Source: Myxococcota bacterium
Lineage (GTDB): Bacteria; Myxococcota_A; UBA796; GCA-2862545
Assembly: GCA_039208735.1 (NCBI GenBank)
Contig: JBCCQY010000002.1
Span: 64,001 to 128,000 of the forward strand
Length of the DNA: 64,000 nt
Reading direction: 5' to 3'
Both the position numbers and the translations under genes were made by a program. Positions 29,336 through 38,961 of this stretch are shown here, piece by piece. How positions within the stretch are numbered: the first letter of the stretch is position 1; each line of letters begins with the position of its first letter. Under the pieces are notes generated by a model. The model ran no database searches. It was not told the origin of the DNA and saw nothing but the letters and a program-made list of their open reading frames with translations.

Positions 29336-30637
29336 GTGAAGTCATCCGACGGCCGGGACTTCCGGCTCCAACGCAAGCTCGGCGCAGGCAGCTACGGCGA
29401 GGTGATGCTCGCGACCATCCACTCGTCAGGGAACCTGACCCGCCGGGTGGCGGTGAAGCTGTTGCACCGTGAGCTATCGGCCGATGCCTCACCGGTACGG
29501 CGACTCCGTGACGAAGCGCAGATGCTGGCGAGCCTCGATCATCCGGTGATCTTGTCCGCCCACGAACTCATCCGCCTCGATGGTCGCATGGCGATGGTGT
29601 GCGAGTACGTCGACGGCGTCGACCTCGAGACGTTGATTCAGGGCAAGGACGTGTTGCCCCGGGGTCCTGTGCTCGACATGGTGGAACAGATCGCCGACGC
29701 GCTGCACGTCGCCTGGATGGAGCACCAGATCGTCCATCGTGACGTCAAGCCGTCCAACATTCGCATCGGGCAACATGGCAACGTCAAGCTGCTCGACTTC
29801 GGCTTAGCCCGCAGCGACCTCCGTCCGCGGTCGGCCCACACCACCGAAGGCACCCTGCTCGGGACGCGACCGTACATTGCCCCCGAGTGCTACGACCTCG
29901 ACGATGCTCCGCCGCGACCGTCCTCCGATATTTTCGCGTTGGGCTGCGTGTTGTACGAGGCCTGGACGCGGACTCGCTTCTTCGAAAACCTGGACGGCAC
30001 AGACCTGCTGGCGGTCACGGACACGCCAGCGACCTACCAGCCTTGGCTCGACCGAAGGCTCTCGATCCCGACGCTCGACCCGATCGCGGATCTGCTGGCC
30101 CAAATGCTCGCGTTTGATCCTCGGCATCGCCCCGCCGCCCTCCTTGTGGCCCAGCGCTGCGAACAGATCGCGGCGGATCTTCCGGTGCGACAGACCCTGC
30201 GGCGGTGGGCACGCGAGCGTCGCGACGAGTCCCGTCCGACCGAGCGGGTTTCGCGAGTCGACGCCCAACGGCTCACTGCCATGGCCGACCTCGATGAACC
30301 CTCGACCGCCGTCACCGTCCAAGAGGTCGTAGCGGTGGGGCTGTCCGCTCCGCTCCCGGGGGAGTTGGGCATCGCGACCGCCCCTGCCGTTCAAGCCGTC
30401 GCATCGACCCCGCCGCGTCCCCGCTCGGCCCCCGCCCCGCTCGAGGCCGCGGCAGCCAAACCGGGTCAGGCCACGACGCGCTGGATCGCGCCGGTCATCC
30501 AACGCGGCTCGTCGGATGACCCCACGCCATCAGGCAGTTGGGGTCTCGTGCTGGGGAGCACGTTGCTGCTTGCGCTCTCGGGGGCGTTGCTCGCTGCTGC
30601 GTACCTGACGGGGGCGCTCGACGTGCTGCTTCGCTAA
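29336..30637 (+). CDS. Ser/Thr protein kinase with C-terminal TM helix
   Basis: GAGSYG, VAVK, HRDVKPSN, DFG and APE motifs. Confidence 0.92.
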   Translation: MKSSDGRDFRLQRKLGAGSYGEVMLATIHSSGNLTRRVAVKLLHRELSADASPVRRLRDEAQMLASLDHPVILSAHELIRLDGRMAMVCEYVDGVDLETLIQGKDVLPRGPVLDMVEQIADALHVAWMEHQIVHRDVKPSNIRIGQHGNVKLLDFGLARSDLRPRSAHTTEGTLLGTRPYIAPECYDLDDAPPRPSSDIFALGCVLYEAWTRTRFFENLDGTDLLAVTDTPATYQPWLDRRLSIPTLDPIADLLAQMLAFDPRHRPAALLVAQRCEQIAADLPVRQTLRRWARERRDESRPTERVSRVDAQRLTAMADLDEPSTAVTVQEVVAVGLSAPLPGELGIATAPAVQAVASTPPRPRSAPAPLEAAAAKPGQATTRWIAPVIQRGSSDDPTPSGSWGLVLGSTLLLALSGALLAAAYLTGALDVLLR

Positions 30638-30638
30638 G

Positions 30639-31424
30639 TCAGCGCGCGAGCCAAGCGTACAGCGCTTCGTCTTGAGCCACCAAGCCGTCGATGAGCAGAT
30701 TTAGGGCCGTAGCCTCGGGAACCTCAACCCCCACGATCGCGGCATCGACCCACACGGACTGCAACCGCACGAGCCCACGTGACGTAGGAACATTGGCAGA
30801 AAGGAAGAACTGGTCGTCCACCCGGAAGATGTTGAGGTTGACGTCGGCGGGCTCACGCAGCCAAGACCGGGTCAACATCGCGGGTCCCGCTTCCGTCTCG
30901 ACCCACCGGTACTGGGCGGTGTTCTTCGTCGTCAGCTCGAGGGACAGCGGCAACCGCGTCACCGTGTCGTTGTCAACAACGAGTTCGTCGCACTCCCGGC
31001 TCACGAAGCAGTTGGGGTCGCTGCGGAAGTTCGAATCCCAGCGGACGTAGTCATCGGGGTAAATCGTGGTTTGATCTTCGAGCAGGAACGCGGAGGCCAG
31101 ATCCAGGACGGAGGCCTGACTCAAGGTGGTGACCGCGCCCCCCACGAGCTTCGCGGCATCTCGCTCGCGCTGCACCTCAAGGGCATCGAGCGAAGCCTGC
31201 GACAACAGCTCGATCGTGTAGCCCTCATTGGCCTCATCGAGGTTCGCTTCGAGCCATGCGGCGAGGTTCTCGACCCCTGCCTCGAGGCCCTGCTGTTCAT
31301 CGGTGCCTAGATCCTCGAAGAGGAAGGCCGACAGGGCTTCGAACTCGGCGGGGGCCTCGGGCGGCGCCCGACAAGCCGTCACCAGCAAGAGCAAAGCCCA
31401 CGAACGGATGTCAGTTGCGTACAT
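30639..31424 (-). CDS. Hypothetical lipoprotein
   Basis: Lipobox VTAC; ORF fills the gap between neighbours and has protein-like composition. Confidence 0.65.
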   Translation of the reverse strand: MYATDIRSWALLLLVTACRAPPEAPAEFEALSAFLFEDLGTDEQQGLEAGVENLAAWLEANLDEANEGYTIELLSQASLDALEVQRERDAAKLVGGAVTTLSQASVLDLASAFLLEDQTTIYPDDYVRWDSNFRSDPNCFVSRECDELVVDNDTVTRLPLSLELTTKNTAQYRWVETEAGPAMLTRSWLREPADVNLNIFRVDDQFFLSANVPTSRGLVRLQSVWVDAAIVGVEVPEATALNLLIDGLVAQDEALYAWLAR

Positions 31425-31452
31425 GGCCCGATGGTACCACTCGCCTCACCAT

Positions 31453-31598
31453 TCAAGGCAGAACCACCTGCTTCGCTGAGACGCGGTTGTGCTCCATGTC
31501 GTCGTGGGCCTTGGCGGCTCAGGAAGCGGAACCTCACGAATCTTCAAGTTGCTGGCCGGCCCAGGCGCGTCCAGGACCACGGCTTTCATCGTCTTCAT
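31453..31598 (-). pseudogene. Internally deleted zinc-binding dehydrogenase/quinone oxidoreductase (MDR family) remnant
   Basis: N-terminus MKTMKAVVLDAPGPASNLKIREVPLPEP joins, out of frame, to a C-terminus-like AKAHDDMEHNRVSAKQVVLP*. Confidence 0.65.
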
Positions 31599-32751
31599 GC
31601 GGCAACGCTCCCCGTTCGAGCCCCCGCCAGACCCCCAGCGACAACACGCCAAGGACTCCTGTGCTCGTGAGCATTGTCGCATCGTCCGTGACGTCGGCGA
31701 GCCAGCCCGCCACCGGCACAAGCATCAACTTCGTGAGGTCCCACAACGCGGTGAATAAGGCCATGGCACTGCCGCGAAGGTCAGCCTGCGCGCGGTTGAC
31801 GACCTGCCCCGTGAGCACGGGAAAGGCAAACCCGTGGCCTAATCCTGCAAACAACCCCGCAACCAAGAAACCGGTGCCGCTTGCGGCCCACGCTACGCCA
31901 AACACCCCCACCGCGTACGACAACAACGAGGGCACGACCATGCGGGAGGGACCCACTCGCTCGGGGAGTCTCGCCCCAAACAACCGCACCGTCACCGCTC
32001 CCAACGCGTAGGAGAGCCAAACCGACGCGGGATCCGCCATGCCGCGATCTTGAGCGGTGACGGTGGCAAATGCCATGAAGATGGCCACGAGCGTCGAAAA
32101 CACGAGGGTCGCCCACCACACCGGCAGCAAGGCCCGCCGTCGCAGGGCGACGAAAACGGCAGAACGGTGCTGCGACGCCGGTTGCGGGGCAACGCGAGGA
32201 AGCCACCACAGCAGCAAGCCTGAAGACGCTACAAGCCCGCTCATCACGACGAAGAACCAGCGTAGTCCCGCTCCCGAGATGCCAAGCGCATCCGCGACGG
32301 GATTCACGGTGAGGGTGACGAGGCCTGCAATGCCAAACAGCGCCAAGCCTTCGGTACGGCGGGCGGGCGGCAGTAGATCGGCGGCCATCGTGAAGTACCC
32401 CGTGAACAGGGAGCCCGTTCCAATGCCCACCGCCGCGTGGACGAGGTAGACGAGCGGCCCGATCGCGTCGACAAACCCGATCAAGCCAAGCCCGGTGGCG
32501 AGAAACGCGGTGCCCACGAACAGGGTCGAGATCCGTCCCAGCCTATCGAGAGCCCAGCCCACGAGCGGACGCACCAGCAACCCACCGATGGCCGAGGTTG
32601 CCAGCACCAGTCCCACCTCGGTCCGCGAGGCGCCCAAATGGTCCAGGTACAGCGGCATGAGCAGCAGCGACGCAAACCCCAAGGACTGCAACGCATGGGC
32701 TACCATGAGCACGAGGAACGGCCGCGTAAGGAGCCGAGGCTCAGGGCTCAT
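31534..32751 (-). CDS. MFS transporter
   Basis: About 12 TM segments, motif A GWALDRLGR and RRTEGLALFG. Confidence 0.88.
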   Translation of the reverse strand: MSPEPRLLTRPFLVLMVAHALQSLGFASLLLMPLYLDHLGASRTEVGLVLATSAIGGLLVRPLVGWALDRLGRISTLFVGTAFLATGLGLIGFVDAIGPLVYLVHAAVGIGTGSLFTGYFTMAADLLPPARRTEGLALFGIAGLVTLTVNPVADALGISGAGLRWFFVVMSGLVASSGLLLWWLPRVAPQPASQHRSAVFVALRRRALLPVWWATLVFSTLVAIFMAFATVTAQDRGMADPASVWLSYALGAVTVRLFGARLPERVGPSRMVVPSLLSYAVGVFGVAWAASGTGFLVAGLFAGLGHGFAFPVLTGQVVNRAQADLRGSAMALFTALWDLTKLMLVPVAGWLADVTDDATMLTSTGVLGVLSLGVWRGLERGALPHEDDESRGPGRAWAGQQLEDS

Positions 32752-33500
32752 GCAGCTCCTCGAGCCGAAGCGACGATCGCCAGCAAACGGGCCGCCTCTG
32801 CGAGGTCGGCCAAGGCGTCGCGTCGAGCCACCAATGTGGGGGCATCCGCAGCCAGATCCACCCACGTCGCGCACCGGTGTCGGAGCCGAGCCCCCTTCGG
32901 GTGGTCAGGCGCGGAAACGTCTTCGAACACCTTGCGGATCGGTCCGTCTTGGGCCACCGCAACCCGGAACACGTCGAGCGGGGGTCCGTTCGGCAGCGGT
33001 CGAGGCGGGACCGGTTCGGGCACCAGCGGCACGGATGGTGGCAAGGCCGCCTCCGCAACGATGAAGGCGTCGACCCACGCCTGCCGGGTCGGCTCGGGAA
33101 TGTGCGCATCCAACAGGGGCACCAACGAGGTCTGTTCACGGAGATCGTGGTGTTCGAGCACCCCAGTGAGCCGGCACAGCGCCTCTTGCTCGGCGAGGAT
33201 GCCGGCAATGCTGGTGGCCACCTTGCTCTCTTCAAGGACCGTGATCCACGACCGCAGTTTGTCGTGGTCGGCCTGCAGCACACGGGCGGTGGCGTTGGGA
33301 GGGAACGTCACCGGAAGGGCCGCATAGGCAGGGAGAAGAACCGCTTCTTCGTGGGCCAGGTGCAGTTCAAGAGGCGCCCGGAACTGGGCAAGCGCAGTGC
33401 GCCGACGCTCCTCATCGCCCTCGGGCCAAATCCTGCGCAGCGTTCGCAGGGCCTTCGCCAGCGCATCATGCGCCTGCATCCATGTCGCGATCACCGCCAT
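32748..33500 (-). CDS. Hemerythrin (HHE) domain protein
   Basis: AHDAL, HLAHEE, ADHD and HDLRE metal-ligand pattern; start approximate (33500 or 33512). Confidence 0.65.
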   Translation of the reverse strand: MAVIATWMQAHDALAKALRTLRRIWPEGDEERRRTALAQFRAPLELHLAHEEAVLLPAYAALPVTFPPNATARVLQADHDKLRSWITVLEESKVATSIAGILAEQEALCRLTGVLEHHDLREQTSLVPLLDAHIPEPTRQAWVDAFIVAEAALPPSVPLVPEPVPPRPLPNGPPLDVFRVAVAQDGPIRKVFEDVSAPDHPKGARLRHRCATWVDLAADAPTLVARRDALADLAEAARLLAIVASARGAA

Positions 33501-33557
33501 CGCGGGAGCCATAACGCCGCAGCCGGTACGCTTGGGGTTCGATTCCCCGGAGGATCC

Positions 33558-34757
33558 GTGCTTCGATTCACCTACGACGTTGTTTGCCCATTTGCCTACC
33601 TTGCTTCCACCCGAATCGAGGCCATTGCCGCCGAGGCCGGTCGTTCGATCACGTGGGACCCCATCCTGTTGGGTGGCGTGTTGCGGGCCCTCGATCGCCC
33701 AGACGTGCCCATGAATGCCATGCCGGCTGCGAAAGCCCGCCTCAAGGCACTCGACATCGTGCGACAAGCTTCGATGCTGGACGTACCCTTGCACGTGCCC
33801 GCCGAACATCCTCGCCGTACGGTGGCCCCCATGCGCTGTTTGGTCGCGGCCGCCGCCGACCAAGTGCCAGGGCTCACGCATGCGCTGTACCGGGCCTACT
33901 GGGTCGATGGGATCGACGTGAGCGACCTCGATGCCCTCACTCCGGTGGTGGCTCCCTTCGGGGTGGACGCGCGGGCTGCGCAGACCGACGAAGCCATCCG
34001 ACAGGGCCTGTTCGACCGAACGGCCGCCGCGGTGGAGCGAGGGGCCTTCGGTGTCCCGACCATCGAGGTAGATGGTGAGCTGTTCTATGGCGTAGACCGG
34101 CTTCGCATGGTGCGGAGGAAGCTCGGTCTCCCCGCCCTCCCCCCGAATGAGCCCTCGACCCCTCCCGGCGGAACCATCGAGTTCTTCCATGACTTCTCGA
34201 GCCCGTTCAGCTACCTCGGGGCGACCCAGGTGGAGGCGTTTGCGGACCGCCATGGGGCGAAGGTGGTGTACACCCCGTTTCTACTGGGGGGCCTGTTCAA
34301 AGCCATCGGCACCCCGATGGTGCCGCTGCACGCTCAATCCGCCTCCCAGCAACGCTACGCGGGCAAGGACATGGGCGATTGGTCGTCGTACTGGGGCGTT
34401 AACTTCAAGTTCCCCAGCAACTTTCCCCTCCGCACCATCGCCCCCCTGCGCGCGGCCATCGTAGAGCCACGCGCCACGGGCGCGATCTACCGAGCCGCCT
34501 GGGTCGACGATCGAAACATTGGCGATACCGAAGTACTCACCGCGGTGCTGAACGACGCAGGCTTCGACGGGGCCGCCATTGTCGCGCAAACCCAGGACCC
34601 GGCCATCAAGAAGCAACTGATTGCCAATTCGGAGCGCGCTCAGCAGGTGGGCGTCTGCGGGGCCCCAACCTTCAAGGTCGGTGATCAGCTGTTTTGGGGC
34701 CAAGATCGGTTCGACATGGTGTCCCGGGCGCTCACCGGCTGGGCGGTCCATGCGTGA
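33558..34757 (+). CDS. Tandem two-domain HCCA isomerase / kappa-GST (DsbA-like) protein
   Basis: Two repeats: YDVVCPFAYL...GAFGVPT...FYGVDRL and HDFSSPFSYL...GVCGAPTF...FWGQDRF; GGAGG SD with GTG start. Confidence 0.85.
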   Translation: MLRFTYDVVCPFAYLASTRIEAIAAEAGRSITWDPILLGGVLRALDRPDVPMNAMPAAKARLKALDIVRQASMLDVPLHVPAEHPRRTVAPMRCLVAAAADQVPGLTHALYRAYWVDGIDVSDLDALTPVVAPFGVDARAAQTDEAIRQGLFDRTAAAVERGAFGVPTIEVDGELFYGVDRLRMVRRKLGLPALPPNEPSTPPGGTIEFFHDFSSPFSYLGATQVEAFADRHGAKVVYTPFLLGGLFKAIGTPMVPLHAQSASQQRYAGKDMGDWSSYWGVNFKFPSNFPLRTIAPLRAAIVEPRATGAIYRAAWVDDRNIGDTEVLTAVLNDAGFDGAAIVAQTQDPAIKKQLIANSERAQQVGVCGAPTFKVGDQLFWGQDRFDMVSRALTGWAVHA

Positions 34758-34867
34758 GGACCAGGATGTGAATCACAGCGCCTTGCAGCATTCGCAAAGC
34801 GAGTCCGTGGTCGGTTAATGTCGAGGAGGTCCGTTTCTTCCATCGTTGCTGTTTGTTTTGGACGCCG

Positions 34868-36367
34868 ATGCAACTCCTGCTCGTCGAGGACGCTCCAGAC
34901 GACCGGGTCTTGGCCCACCGCGGGCTTCAGGGCCTGGATGCAACCATTCAGGATGCGACGACGCTCAAGCAAGCAAGGACACTCCTCGAGACCGAACGCT
35001 TTGACTGCGTGATCCTAGACTGGAGCTTGGAAGGCAACGATGCCATCGAGCTCCTCGAGTCGATTCGAAGAGACCACCCGGACCTTCCGGTGGTGGTGAT
35101 GGCGGCGACCAACGATGCGGGACTCGCCGAGCAGGTACTCCAAGCCGGAGCCCAAGACATCTTGGTCAAGGATCCGGGTCGGTTCGACTTGAGCCGTGCA
35201 GTGCGATTCGCGATCGAGCGCCAACATGCCACGGCCATGCAAGCCCGGCTGGCCCATGCCGATCGCCTCGTGTCGGTCGGGCGGCTCGCCGCAGGTATCG
35301 CCCACGAGGTGAACAACCCCGCCACCGTGGTGATGTCGAACCTGTCGATGCTGCAGGAGCTCATCGAGCAACCCACCAATCCTGCGCTTGCCGCGGAGTT
35401 GGTCTCCGAGTGTCGAACCTCGATCCTCCGCATCGGCACCATGATGACCCAGCTCGTCGCCTTCTCCCGGCGCCGAGGTGGGGGGGTGGTCGAACTCGCG
35501 ATGCATGAACTGGTCGAAGAGGGCGTTCGCCTTGCTCGACCGTCGATGCGTCACCGCGCCACGTTGAGAATCGAACCCGCGCTGGTGCCTCCCATCGTCG
35601 TCGACCGGGTGGCTATGGTCGGTGTCATCGTCAACCTCCTGGTCAACGCCCAACAGGCGATCGATGCGGCCGTTCCCGGACCTCACGAAGTCCTCGTCCG
35701 GCTTTCAGCCACAGACGACCACATCGAACTCGTCGTTGAAGATTCGGGAATTGGCGTGGCCGTGAGCGAACGTGAACGCATCTTCGAAGCGTTTGTGACG
35801 CGGCGCGAGCACGGACTGGGCTTGGGTCTTGCGATCTGCCGAGAGGTCGTGCGCAGCCATGGCGGAACGATCCGTGTCGAGGATTCGAGCCTGGGAGGGG
35901 CCGCGTTCATCGTCACGCTCCCCCACCACACGGGCTTGACCCCGACCGCCACCCCGGACCTGCCCGATTGGACCAAGCCGCTCGACGTGTTGGTCATCGA
36001 CGATGAGCCGAGCGTGCGCCGAGCCATCTCCCGGCTGCTGCGTGAGCATCGGGTCATCGAGGCCCACAGCGTGGCCGAAGCACGGCGTCACCTCGAAGAG
36101 GGCAACGTTCCAGACGTGATTGTCTGCGACTTGATGCTGGACGGCGAACTCGGCTCCGTGTTGTACGAGTCGCTACGCGAAGTCGACCCCGATCTCGCCA
36201 ATCGCATCCTGTTTGTGACAGGGGGGGCTGTGACCCCTGACGCTGGCGCCTTCTTGCGCAAGATCGAGCCCCCGTTGCTCACCAAACCATTCAACGCAAC
36301 CGAGCTTCGCGTGGGCATCCAACAGCTGCTGACGCGGGCGGTGACCCAGAGCGCGCTGCCCCCCTGA
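34868..36367 (+). CDS. Hybrid histidine kinase (REC-HisKA-HATPase-REC)
   Basis: LLLVED...ILDW, AHEVNNP, NLLVNA, DSGIG, GLGLGL and VIDDE...CDL...KPF motifs. Confidence 0.9.
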   Translation: MQLLLVEDAPDDRVLAHRGLQGLDATIQDATTLKQARTLLETERFDCVILDWSLEGNDAIELLESIRRDHPDLPVVVMAATNDAGLAEQVLQAGAQDILVKDPGRFDLSRAVRFAIERQHATAMQARLAHADRLVSVGRLAAGIAHEVNNPATVVMSNLSMLQELIEQPTNPALAAELVSECRTSILRIGTMMTQLVAFSRRRGGGVVELAMHELVEEGVRLARPSMRHRATLRIEPALVPPIVVDRVAMVGVIVNLLVNAQQAIDAAVPGPHEVLVRLSATDDHIELVVEDSGIGVAVSERERIFEAFVTRREHGLGLGLAICREVVRSHGGTIRVEDSSLGGAAFIVTLPHHTGLTPTATPDLPDWTKPLDVLVIDDEPSVRRAISRLLREHRVIEAHSVAEARRHLEEGNVPDVIVCDLMLDGELGSVLYESLREVDPDLANRILFVTGGAVTPDAGAFLRKIEPPLLTKPFNATELRVGIQQLLTRAVTQSALPP

Positions 36368-36433
36368 CGGCCTCCCTGCACCATGAGCTTGGTACAGGCC
36401 GTCAGGGAGGCAGCTGTGCCGAACCGAGAGTCG

Positions 36434-37261
36434 ATGTTGAAGTCGGCGCCCACCCCTGTCCTCGAACTCTCCGAACTCATCGGGACGTTCGTACACCCCG
36501 GGGACACCGTGGCGCTCGAAGGGTTCACCCACCTCATCCCCATGGCCGCCGGACATGAGATCCTTCGTCAGCGAATCGGCGACCTCACGCTCATCCGCAT
36601 GACCCCGGACCTGCTTTACGATCAGCTGATCGGAGCTGGGTTGGTGAAGAAACTGGTGTTCTCGTGGGGCGGAAATCCCGGCGTGGGATCCCTGCATCGG
36701 TTCCGTGATGCGGTTCAACAAGGCTTCCCTCGGCCTCTCGACATCGAGGAGCACAGTCACGCCGCGATGGCCGCAGCTTGGGATGCCGGGGCCGCGAACC
36801 TTCCGTTCGCCGTGCTTCGAGGGTACATCGGCTCGGATCAGCCGGTTCACACCGCAACGATTCGCACGATCGAATGCCCTTTTACCGCGGAACAACTCAC
36901 GGCCGTGCCCGCACACCGGCCCGACGTGGGCATCGTTCACGCTCAGCGTGCGGACCGTCGGGGCAACGTACTCCTCGAAGGGATCATCGGGGTCCAAAAG
37001 CAGGTGGTACTGGCCAGTCGCTACGCGCTGGTGACGGTCGAGGAGATCGTCGATGATCTCGGTGAATTGCATCCCAACGCCACCGTCCTGCCTTCGTTCG
37101 TCGTGAGCGCCCTGGCCGTCTGTCCGGGAGGCGCCGCGCCATCGTACGCCTACGGCTACTACGACCGCGACAACGCCGCCTACCTCGCCTGGGATGCGAT
37201 TTCCCGCGACCGCGAGGCCTTTGCCCGCTGGCTCACCGACGTCCAAGGAGCTGCCTCATGA
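36434..37261 (+). CDS. CoA-transferase subunit A (CatI/GctA-like)
   Basis: ALEGFTHLIP, IRMTPDL, FSWGGNPGVGSLHRFRD and PSYAYGYYDRDN motifs. Confidence 0.88.
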   Translation: MLKSAPTPVLELSELIGTFVHPGDTVALEGFTHLIPMAAGHEILRQRIGDLTLIRMTPDLLYDQLIGAGLVKKLVFSWGGNPGVGSLHRFRDAVQQGFPRPLDIEEHSHAAMAAAWDAGAANLPFAVLRGYIGSDQPVHTATIRTIECPFTAEQLTAVPAHRPDVGIVHAQRADRRGNVLLEGIIGVQKQVVLASRYALVTVEEIVDDLGELHPNATVLPSFVVSALAVCPGGAAPSYAYGYYDRDNAAYLAWDAISRDREAFARWLTDVQGAAS

Positions 37262-38022
37262 GCCCCGCCACGGCCGCCGAACGCATGACCATCGCTGCTG
37301 CCCGAGAGCTGTCGAACCAAGACGTTTGCTTCGTGGGCATCGGGGCCCCTTCCGAAGCCTGCAATCTGGCTCGGCTCACCCACGCGCCCGACATCGTACT
37401 GATTTACGAATCGGGCACCCTCGCTACGCAGCCAGACGTTCTACCGCTTTCCATCGGCGACGGCGAACTGTCCAAGACCGCTTTGACCAATGTCTCGGTC
37501 CCCGAGATGTTTCGGTACTGGCTGCAGGGCGGGCACATCTCGGTCGGGTTCCTTGGCGGGGCTCAGATCGATCGGTTTGCCAACCTCAATTCGACGGTCA
37601 TCGGAGACTACGATGCCCCCAAGGTGCGTCTGCCCGGCGCTGGCGGAGCCCCCGAGATCGCAGCCCACTGTGGGCGCATCCTCGTTGTGATGAAGCATGC
37701 GCGACGCGCGTTCGTGCCCCAGGTCGACTTTGTCACGTCGTTTGGATTCGGCAAAGGTGGACGCGAACGGGAAGAGCGAGGCCTCACCACCAAAGGGATG
37801 CAGCGGGTGATCACCGACCTCTGCATCCTCGAACCCTCATCCGAGGACCGCGAACTCGAGGTTGTCGCCCTGCAGCCAGAGGTGACCCTCGACGATGTTC
37901 GCGCCAACACCGCCTGGGACGTTCGCGTACGCGGCACGCCAACGGTCGCCGCCGAACCGACGGCTGAGGACCTCGAGGTGTTGCGGGACCTGAAGGCCCG
38001 TACAGAAGCGGCCCGCCGCTAG
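37258..38022 (+). CDS. CoA-transferase subunit B (CatJ/GctB-like)
   Basis: FVGIG, LIYESG (catalytic Glu), FLGGAQIDRFANLNST and RLPGAGGAPEI motifs; ATGA overlap. Confidence 0.88.
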   Translation: MSPATAAERMTIAAARELSNQDVCFVGIGAPSEACNLARLTHAPDIVLIYESGTLATQPDVLPLSIGDGELSKTALTNVSVPEMFRYWLQGGHISVGFLGGAQIDRFANLNSTVIGDYDAPKVRLPGAGGAPEIAAHCGRILVVMKHARRAFVPQVDFVTSFGFGKGGREREERGLTTKGMQRVITDLCILEPSSEDRELEVVALQPEVTLDDVRANTAWDVRVRGTPTVAAEPTAEDLEVLRDLKARTEAARR

Positions 38023-38037
38023 CCGTCAGTCCGGAGC

Positions 38038-38961
38038 CTACCCCTCCGAAACGGATTGCCCAACCCGGAGGAGGGCTTCACGGGTCGCATCGAGGCGTGG
38101 ATCGAGGGCTCCAAATTCGCGCAGGACCTCGGCGGTCGCCTCGACCTCAGCGACCAGCGCCGAACAGAGACGCGGCACCCCATGGTGATCGGCCGCGGTG
38201 TGCCACAACGACTCCAGCACCTTGACCCGTGAACCAAATCCCGAGGGTAGATCCGCTACCCGTGCCGCACGACCCATTCCGTGCAGCGAAAGAAACATTC
38301 CCGAGTATATAGGGCGCACCAAATGATTCACGATCCGACGCAGTCCCGTTTCTGGGTCGTCCAGATCGAGCCGAATCACCGGCAAGGGGTCTTGCAATCC
38401 CAGCCCCAACAACCCCCGGTGCGCGAGGGTCAACTCCACCGCCAACGCCGCGATTCGCGCTAACCATGCGCAGGAGGTCTGGGTGGCCAACGCCGCCGCA
38501 AACCCCGGCCACCAGACCCCCGCATGCCGCTCGAGGAACCGCCGTGACAATCCCCGGCACCGCTCGACGACGGCCGCGTGACCGTCCTCGATCGCGTCGG
38601 CCTCGGCCCGAGCGAGGTGGGCCAGATAGGCGAGTTGAAGCCCAATGTGATCGGGCTCAATCGAGGCAACGTCGGGGGCAAATCCGCCCTCCCGGTACGC
38701 GGCGTGCACCTCGGCGGCGACGGCCCCTCCAAGCAAGCCGTCCTCGGCCCGAAAAGTGCTTTCGTAGGGAAACACCTGACGGCCAAGGGCCTCTTGATGA
38801 GCCGCTGCGGCCAAGTCCGCTTCGAAGGGACGGGGCAGGACGTCTGCAATCGCAGGCAACTGCTGCAACGTCTCCACCGTGGCCTCGGACAGCCCTTCGG
38901 TCAGAACCAGGCCAAACAACGCGTAGGCCCGGTGGCGAGCCTCAGCGCTTTCACTTCGCAT
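38038..38961 (-). CDS. TorD/DmsD family molybdoenzyme chaperone
   Basis: FPYES and EPDHIGLQL motifs; follows the Mo-enzyme gene. Confidence 0.85.
   Translation of the reverse strand: MRSESAEARHRAYALFGLVLTEGLSEATVETLQQLPAIADVLPRPFEADLAAAAHQEALGRQVFPYESTFRAEDGLLGGAVAAEVHAAYREGGFAPDVASIEPDHIGLQLAYLAHLARAEADAIEDGHAAVVERCRGLSRRFLERHAGVWWPGFAAALATQTSCAWLARIAALAVELTLAHRGLLGLGLQDPLPVIRLDLDDPETGLRRIVNHLVRPIYSGMFLSLHGMGRAARVADLPSGFGSRVKVLESLWHTAADHHGVPRLCSALVAEVEATAEVLREFGALDPRLDATREALLRVGQSVSEG

Noticed and set aside
36434..38022. Beta-ketoadipate pathway cluster
   Set aside because: Only the CoA-transferase pair is present, so no substrate can be assigned and no gene symbols are given.
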